DNA from: Octopus vulgaris
Lineage: Eukaryota
Direction of reading: 5' to 3'
DNA length: 64,000 nt
Assembly: GCA_951406725.2 (NCBI GenBank)
Contig: OX597824.1
Span: forward strand, 15,066,001 to 15,130,000
Shown: positions 55,680-64,000 of the stretch, piece by piece
Position numbering within the stretch: position 1 is the stretch's first letter
Layout: each line of letters starts with the position of its first letter
Translations under genes and position numbers: made by a program
The notes under the pieces: model-generated
The model's input: only the letters and a program-made list of their open reading frames with translations
Database searches by the model: none
What the model was told of the DNA's origin: nothing

Positions 55680-55908
55680 TTTCTTTATTGCCCACAAGGG
55701 GCTAAACATAGAGGGGACGAACAAGGACAGACAAACGGATTAAGTCGATTATATTGACCCCAGTGCGTAACTGGTACTTATTTAACCGACCCCGAAAGGA
55801 TGAAAGGTAAAGTCGACCTCGGCGGAATTTGAACTCAGAACGTAACGGCAGACGAAATACGGCTACGCATTTCGCCCGGCGTGCGAACGATTCTGCCAGC
55901 TCGCCGCC
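55680..55908 (-). mobile_element. SINE family B (full length)
   Basis: Reverse complement of the 24828 unit. Confidence 0.9.
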
Positions 55909-56824
55909 TTAATAGCGTCTTAATATGACTCAATATGTCTAGTGAATTCTTGTTCAATATTCTCCAAAAACGTCATTTAAATAATCTTACTGAAACTATA
56001 CTCCTTTATATTTTCAGCATTCTAAGAGGGAGTTTATGCCTGCTAATTGCCTGGATACTCTCAATAAAAAAAAAACCACTCACAATATTACATATGCAAG
56101 AGACTGCCGCATTTTATATTCAATATTCACAGTGCCCCACGGTTATGTGTGGCTTTCGGCAGCGTAGTATACATAATAGGGTCTAATTATTGATACAATC
56201 CAATCAATTCTCAGTATTTATTCTGTATTAATTCTATATTAATTATAAAGTGATTAACGATTGAACATTTAAACAGCTATCCTGCTCATTATAACAAGTA
56301 TCGTTATATTACAGACACGGAAGCATTCGCTGTTATTACAAATCTATATCTTTATCCTTGGCCATTTTCTTCCATTTTCTTTTACTTTTAATTTCTTTCT
56401 TACTCTTTCTCTCTCTCCCCCACTCGTTCCCTTTCTCCCTTTCTCCCTTTCTCCGTTTAAGATATTTTCTCCACATATTTATTCCGCAGTGATTTGAATT
56501 AAACCTTAACCCTTCGCATCTCAACCAGTCAGTCTAATTCTTTATTCAAGAGAATTTTTATAAAAGTCATCGTTGTGTCAGTTTCTTCGGCAGACAAAAA
56601 TATTACCGAAGGCTAAAATACCTCAGGGTTGCGGAGAGCGGGGGGGGGGGGCGCGCGGAAATGTGCGTATATGTGTGTGTATATATGTGTATGTGTGTGT
56701 GTGTTGTGGGTGGGGTGGGGGCTCATTCTGCATGCTGAATATTAATACGCTGCGTTCACACACGTGTAATATCTGAGATCAGTTGAGTTTATACAAATAA
56801 TTATCATCTTCTCAATTTGTTTTT

Positions 56825-57188
56825 TTACAGTCATTGGACTGCGGCCATACTGGAGCACTGCTTTGAAGGGTTTTGCTGAACAAATCCACTGCAGTATTTA
56901 TGTTTTTTTTTCTAAATTACGGGGACATAAATAAACCAACACCGGTTGCCAAGCGGTGAAGGGTTGGCGGACCAACACAAAGACGTACCCACATAGACAC
57001 GCGCACGCGCACACACACATACACACACGACGGACTTCTTTCAGTTTCCGTCTATCAAATCCACTCACGAGGCTTTGGTCGGCCCGTCGCCATATTAGAA
57101 GACACTTGCCCGAAGTACCATGCAGTGGATCTGAAAAGGGAACCATGTGGTTGGGTAATGAACTCCTTACCACGCAGCTATGCCTGTT
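56825..57188 (-). mobile_element. SINE family A, diverged
   Basis: Family-A body. Confidence 0.8.
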
Positions 57189-57386
57189 GTAGACAAAAAT
57201 TGCATTGTATGGATACTTAAAATGTAAAAGCAACAAACAAGGGAGATAAATCCAGTAAGGTCAGTTGATAGAAATTTTTGGACAATATAGCAATATAGAC
57301 TGTAGTGTTTCACGTATTAAAAAGTAATTGATGAACACAGCTTTTACATAGATGAGCATCTATTGTATTAAGGTAGTAATTTTGCA

Positions 57387-57850
57387 TGGCTGAATTGTTA
57401 AGAAGTTTGCTTTGCAATCATGAGTTTCCGTGTTCGATCCCAATTCGAGGCAACTTGACCAAATGTGCTTATTATTACCTCTAATGGGTAACTGGTTAAG
57501 AAGTTCGCTTTGAAATCACCAGTTCTTGTGTTCGATACTAGGACACATCCATTTTGTCATAGACTCTCTAGCTGAACGGTCAAGAAGTTCGTTTAGCAAT
57601 TATATGCTCGCACGTTCGATCCCAATGCAAGGTAACTCGGCTAAATTTGTATATCAGTGCCTTTATTGGTTGAATGGTCCAGAAGTTAGGCTTGCAATCT
57701 GGACTCAGCGTGTTCGATCCTACAGCGAGGCACTTTGGATAAATATATTTGCCATAACTTTTATTAGGTGAACGGTCAAGAAGTTAACGTTACAATCATG
57801 AGTTTGCGAGTTCAATCCTATTGCAAAGCATCTTGGACAAATGTTTCTGG
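57387..57850 (+). repeat. Five tandem diverged tRNA-like heads (about 98-bp period)
   Basis: Units at 57387, 57485, 57569, 57667 and 57765, each with t(g/a)gctgaa.ggt.aagaagtt..tt.caatc..gttc(g/a)atcc. Confidence 0.8.
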
Positions 57851-58504
57851 ACACCCCAAGACTTTTGAGTGAAATTAGATGAGTGACAGCCCGTCCGGTC
57901 GATTGCAACTGTTACTCAAGGCTGTCATGCTGATTCGGTCACGGAATTACGTTAAGCTTACATGTGTCTGTCTGTGGAATATTCAACCGCTTCTACGTTT
58001 ATTTAATGAATCGGTCGTTCAGTTGATCGAGCGAATGAAAGCTCATCTTCGAAACCGACGGAAGATCTATCAAGTTACGACACCTTGATCTAGTTCCAAT
58101 GAGGAACCTTATATGTGATCTCTTGACCTGTAAGGTATAGTAGTCAAATGTCACTCAATCACACCTTACCGTCTTAAAATGAAAACCCATACGGCAACCA
58201 CCACCACCACCACCACCACGCTATAGGCTCCTGATGGAGCCTCAATGTGATTGATCATCCTGCTAGAAAGAGCAGCTAGAATTCCCTGAAATCATATCAC
58301 CCATCGTCTTAGAAAATACACGTTGGATAATGTAATCTTGTGCTAACTGCACTGAAGGAAAAAAAAGATGGAATAGTCACGGCTGGAATATCCTTTGTTC
58401 ATAGTTCTGCTCTCTCAGGTTTGACTTGAGACTAAACAACAGAAGCAACAACAAAAAAAAGTCAAACATCACACTATGCTTACACCACTACAGCCTCTGC
58501 CGAA

Positions 58505-59331
58505 GCCGTCACCACCACCACCACCACCACACACTACACACCACCACCACACCACCACACCACCACCACCACCACCACCACCACCACCACCACCACCACC
58601 ACTACCACCAGTAACACCCCACCAATAGCATCATCATCATCACTAAAACCACCACCACCACCACCGCCACCAACACCACCATCACCACATCAGTACCACT
58701 ACTATCCTCATTAACACCACCACCGACAACACCAGTACCATCAGCATCTCCACCACCACTATTACCACCACAACCACCACCACCACAACAACAACAACCA
58801 TTATCCCCATCACTACCACCACCACAATTACCGCACCTACAATGTAAGGTCACGCTATAATACCACTGTACTGTATCACCATCGACCATTACTGCACTCT
58901 ACCACCAGGAACTGTGCACTATACCACCACCACCACCATCATATTATGCTGCCACCACTACCACCATTAACACCGAATATACATTTCACTATAACACCAC
59001 TAACACCAGCGACACCACCAACACAGCCTCCAGATTTTGCCATCACATTATGCCCCCACAATCACTACCACCACCACCACCACCACCGCCAACATTACCA
59101 CCACCAAAAGCACCACGACCACAACCGTCGGTGCCACCACCACAGCCTCCACCACCACCACCATCACCATCACCACCAAATGCACCACCACCACCACCAC
59201 CGCCGCAGCCGCCGTCAATGCCAGCACCACCACTACCACAGTCGACGCCGCCGCCGCCGCCAACTCCACCACCACAACCACCACCACCACCACCACCACC
59301 ACCACCACCACCACCCACCACCACCACCACC

Positions 59332-59363
<32 letters not shown>

Positions 59364-59397
59364 CAACAACGACGACGACGACAACAACAACAACAAT
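58505..59397. repeat. (ACC)n-rich low-complexity tract
   Basis: Degenerate cac repeats ending in (aac)n. Confidence 0.85.
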
Positions 59398-59527
59398 AAA
59401 AGTGCAAAATTTTGCCTGAGGTTGCAAAATACAAAAATTTGATAAAAACAATGTAGAATTAGTGTAAAATTTATAAATCAATAACTTGCAAACACACACA
59501 CACACGCATACATACACATGTATAAAG

Positions 59528-59568
<41 letters not shown>

Positions 59569-59848
59569 CATATACGCACACACGCGCGTATATATATATA
59601 TATACACACAATATGGTTACAGTAAAACATACCTATAGACACAAATGCACAATAGCAAAATGTGTGTGTGAATGTGTGTGTGTGTGTGTGTGTATTCATA
59701 CACACATTCAAACACAACCTTACAATTTCATGTACACATTCATACACATAAAAATAAATACACATGCAGCTAGTCTTAAACGGAAACATATGCATACACA
59801 CACATTCAAACATATACAAATATATACGTGCACGCATTCAGACAGAGA

Positions 59849-59887
<39 letters not shown>

Positions 59888-60103
59888 GCAGTTATTCACA
59901 CACAGAACCACCATAAGCATGGACCCACTCACACACAGAGACATACACATACATGCACCACCTCTTCGTACAAAGGAACATATATACACATGCACACATT
60001 CATAGACAGACATATATACATATACCTACAGTTATTCACACATCGAAATATACATACAGATGCACTCATACACACATAAATATATACACGCACACACTCA
60101 TAA

Positions 60104-60146
<43 letters not shown>

Positions 60147-60391
60147 TATATATATTCTTTTATTCTTGTTTCAGTCATTTTACTGTGGCCATGCTGGAGC
60201 ACCGACTTTAGTCGAACAAATCGATACCCAAGACTTATTCTTTGTAAGCTTAGTACTTATTCTATCACTCGTTTTTGCCGAACCACTATTTACGGGGACT
60301 AAACTCACCAACTTCGGTTGTCAAGTGATGGGGCGGGACAAACACATGCAATTAAATACATACATACATACATACATACATACATACATGC

Positions 60392-60788
60392 CCAAACTGT
60401 GGCGCCTGCCCCTTCCTACTTGAAGGCCCTGAATTTATCTTCAAATAAGTAACGAAGTTTAAAATCAAGACCAACTTCTCCTGTTCCTCCGAGAACCTTA
60501 TCTACGTTCTCACATGCGCCGGTTGCCAACATAATTATGTTGGACAAACGAGCCTCCCGTTACGTAAAAGAGTAGCGGTGCATAAAGAACAAATAAAATC
60601 TCCCGGAATACCGGCAAATCCCACTGAGTGACCGCATAGATTCATGCGCTAAAGACAAAAATCCCAAATTCTACATATTCCCCTTCTACCAATGTAAAGA
60701 CGGAATCACCACACAGGAGAGAATTAACAAGGAGAATCTCTTTATTGAAAAATTCAAGACGCATCTTAATATGCAAACTCCTCGTTGA
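60392..60788 (+). pseudogene. Penelope-like (Neptune-type) Cys linker + GIY-YIG endonuclease remnant
   Basis: NCGACPFL...KTNFSCSSENLIYVLTCAGCQHNYVGQTSLPLRKRVAVHKEQIK/...LSDRIDSC...ERINKENLFIEKFKT; LIY..YVG motif, one frameshift and one stop. Confidence 0.9.
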
Positions 60789-61424
60789 TCATACTTCTTT
60801 TTTCTACCTCATTCTTCATGGATGGACTAACACAAATATATAAGGATTCCATGCAGTCATCACTTCAAGCTAAAACTTATATTCTTTAAATATCATTATT
60901 ATTATTGTTGTTATTATTACTATTATTATTTTTATTATATATGACATAACAATCTGAAATGTAATTATAAATTGGTTTATGCAAATTTATATAATTAGAA
61001 AACAATATAAATAAAGTGTTAAAATCTGAATGTTAAGTTAGCAAACAATTATATAAAAAAAGATAATGCAAATGAAGCTAAAATGATAATTTTATAATTT
61101 AAGGTTTATTAACACCCTTTATTACAAAAAATTAATAAACCCATAGAGTTGTCTCCCCTTATTCACAGCAAACTTCCTGTTTTGCCATTCACTTAAGAGA
61201 CACCCTTAATTAAATTAAACAACATATGGATTTAATCCCATGGATCTCAATACTTCAAGGTAATTTTTTCGTGAAGTATCATTAAACTCAAGATACACAA
61301 AGACTTTACAATGTATCGGACTACCTATTTTTTAATTTTTGTATATATTTATTATTATTTTTTTGCAAAAAACAATGTAATTTTCTTTTTTCCCCTCCTC
61401 AAATTTAAAAAAAAATTTCTTTAC

Positions 61425-61466
61425 AATTCTTGAAAAGTCACATTATGACGAAAACCGGTTTGAATT
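61425..61466 (+). ncRNA. Minimal hammerhead with U3-A8 covariant core in the PLE 3' terminal region
   Basis: AATTC-TTGAAAA-GTCA-catta-TGAC-GAAA-ACCGGT-TT-GAATT; all stems perfect, palindromic stem III. Confidence 0.8.
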
Positions 61467-61800
61467 AATATATATATATATTTTATATCAATTTTTCAAA
61501 ATTTTCCATACACCCATTTTCATTAAAATTTTCTTTCAATTTAGCATTCTGCCTTTTTATAATTTTTCCTTGCCTATCATTTCTCCACGTGCGGTCAACA
61601 CAATCCCACCATTTATCGATTTATATATATATATATATATATATATAAACGACGGGCTTCTTTCAGCGTCCGTCTACCAAATCCACTCACAAGGCTTTGG
61701 TCCGCCCGAGGCTGTAGTAGAAGACTCTTGCCCAAAATGCCACGCAGTGGGACTGAATCCAGAACGATGTGGTTGGGAAGCAAAGCTTCTTATCATTCAA

Positions 61801-61865
<65 letters not shown>

Positions 61866-61944
61866 TTCTCACTGTTTTTTTAAATTTAAATTTTTTAAAA
61901 GTTCAATAAAAAATAACAACTAATTAATTAATAATGTATGTTAT

Positions 61945-62128
61945 CCAAGAGGAAGGCAAAGGCCGATACAGCTTGGCACCAGGGCCATCACAACTCATTT
62001 CTACAGCTGAGTGAACTGGAGCAACGTAAAATAAAGTGCCTTGCTCAAGAGCACAACCCGCAGCCCGGTCCGGGAATCGATCTCACAACCTCACGATCGT
62101 AAGCTCGACGCTCTAACCACTAAGCCAT
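61945..62128 (-). mobile_element. SINE family C (5' half)
   Basis: Reverse complement of 18782-18960. Confidence 0.8.
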
Positions 62129-62244
62129 GTACCTTCATACACACACATACACACGCACATACACATGTATATATGTATATATGTATATATATATATATAT
62201 GTTTATGTTTATGTATATATATGTATATATGTACATGTTTATGT

Positions 62245-62336
<92 letters not shown>

Positions 62337-62651
62337 AGTAAATGGTGGGGTTGTGTTAAACGCACGTGGAGAAATGACAGGAAAGGAAAAAATTATAATA
62401 ATAAAGCAGAATGCTAAACCGAAAGCAAATTTTAATATATATGGGTGTAAGAAAAATTAAAAGAGGAAATCAAACGGCTTTCATTGCATGGCAAATTTTC
62501 AAGATGAAGAGGCAGGGAAACAGTTTTTTAAGATGAGGAAGGGGAAAAAGTTAGAATGTTTTTTTCAAAAAATAATAATAAATATATACAAAAATTAATA
62601 AATAAGTGTACCAATACATTAGAAGTGTTTTTATGCTGGGCCATTGCGCCC

Positions 62652-62901
<250 letters not shown>

Positions 62902-63274
62902 GCTGTATTCTTGGGATATATTTTTGCTCGTAAAATTACGCTTCATCTGATGATTACGGTTTTTTTCTGTACTGGAATAATACCTCTATTTAAAAAATGC
63001 ACAAGAGACATCTGTAATGAGCTGGCAATTATCCGTCGTCTGTTATTTTCCATTTGAACATATTGATTGCAAAATAAAGTCTTTAACCGTTCAGCCATGC
63101 CTATACTCCCTCCCACACGTGCATGTACACAGATAGATATGTACACGGTATACAGTTCTTCACAGATATGCATGCACATGCATCGAGAGACGAACAGTAT
63201 GAGCAACATTTGTTTTACATACAATTATATAAAGCTGAAATCAAGGCAAATGAGGACATGAATGGTACATAGAT

Positions 63275-63560
63275 ACAGATGCGTTTTCCATCTCTCTGTC
63301 TTTTCCACCGCCATCATGAAGGCCTCTTCTCATCTGAGTCGGCTGGGCATGTAGTATCTCCACTCAAGCATTCACGTCCCACTTGTCTCTTCCTCTCATT
63401 GCCCCTGTTTAACAAACTCTTCACTAGTCCTTACATCAGTTTCTCCCCTCTTAAGAACAGTCTGGCTTCAAGAACTCCCTTTCCGCTCATGTCTTTCCCG
63501 CAGGTGCTGGGTTCCTAAAGCTCAAGAGGAGCCATTACTGATGTTTACATCCAGGTCTTG
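63275..63560 (+). pseudogene. Very old L2/Crack-like LINE ORF2 C-terminal remnant
   Basis: SLCLFHRHHEGLFSSESAGHVVSPLKHSRPT resembles the SL.LFYRY..G.CSSEL...P.....R.TR motif. Confidence 0.45.
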
Positions 63561-64000
63561 GAGAACTTGCAAAGGTCGTGGGCCCTACCCAGCGATTAAA
63601 AAAACAAACTAAAATACCTAAGTGCCATAAAAAAAACAGGGATAATGATAAGATGGAACAGATTTTGCGGTCCTTGTTATAGACAGAAAAATCTCCAACG
63701 AAATGTCCTACCTTGTTACAAACAAAGAGACATTTTAAAACTGAGATTTATTCGTGACTGAGAATGACTTCAACAGTATAAGTTTTGTCTAGTGAATGTT
63801 TTAAAAAAAGATGGGTGAATGTAGCAAGGATGAATGACGAAGCCACTTTGACTATGATTCTATGAACCGTAAAAATTAATACAGAGAGTTGCTTATTTGC
63901 CAAAAAAAAAAAAAGAAATATAACATGTGACTTCATTGACCGAGGTTACTGGGGTCTTTTTCGTAGGCTTTTCTTTCCACGGGTAAACCTCACCTGTCCT

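Noticed and set aside
60789-61420. SECIS element in the PLE 3' UTR (described for some Naiad PLEs)
   Set aside because: No convincing AUGA/AA/GA kink-turn hairpin was seen, and the EN is C-terminal, unlike Naiad.

Overview
AT-rich, microsatellite-saturated, non-coding animal DNA. The repeat landscape strongly suggests a coleoid cephalopod, probably Octopus (inferred, not proven). I found no credible host protein-coding exon: nearly all listed ORFs are translations of simple repeats or SINEs. The window is a mosaic of about 35 tRNA-derived SINE copies from several families, decayed LINE 3' ends (R4/Dong-type, CR1, RTE, L2/Crack-like), Penelope-like element (PLE) remnants with GIY-YIG or RT fragments, non-autonomous Helitrons, Tc1/mariner remnants and MITEs. 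The main signal is at least 13 minimal type-I hammerhead ribozyme (HHR) motifs from about 10 sequence-distinct families. Most sit in short fold-back inserts within (TA)n tracts, often as back-to-back pairs on opposite strands. They include apparent U3-A8 and G3-C8 compensatory core variants, plus a module with a tRNA-like Pol III promoter directly upstream of an HHR, in one copy immediately after a PLE endonuclease stop codon. All folds were made by eye and coordinates are approximate.
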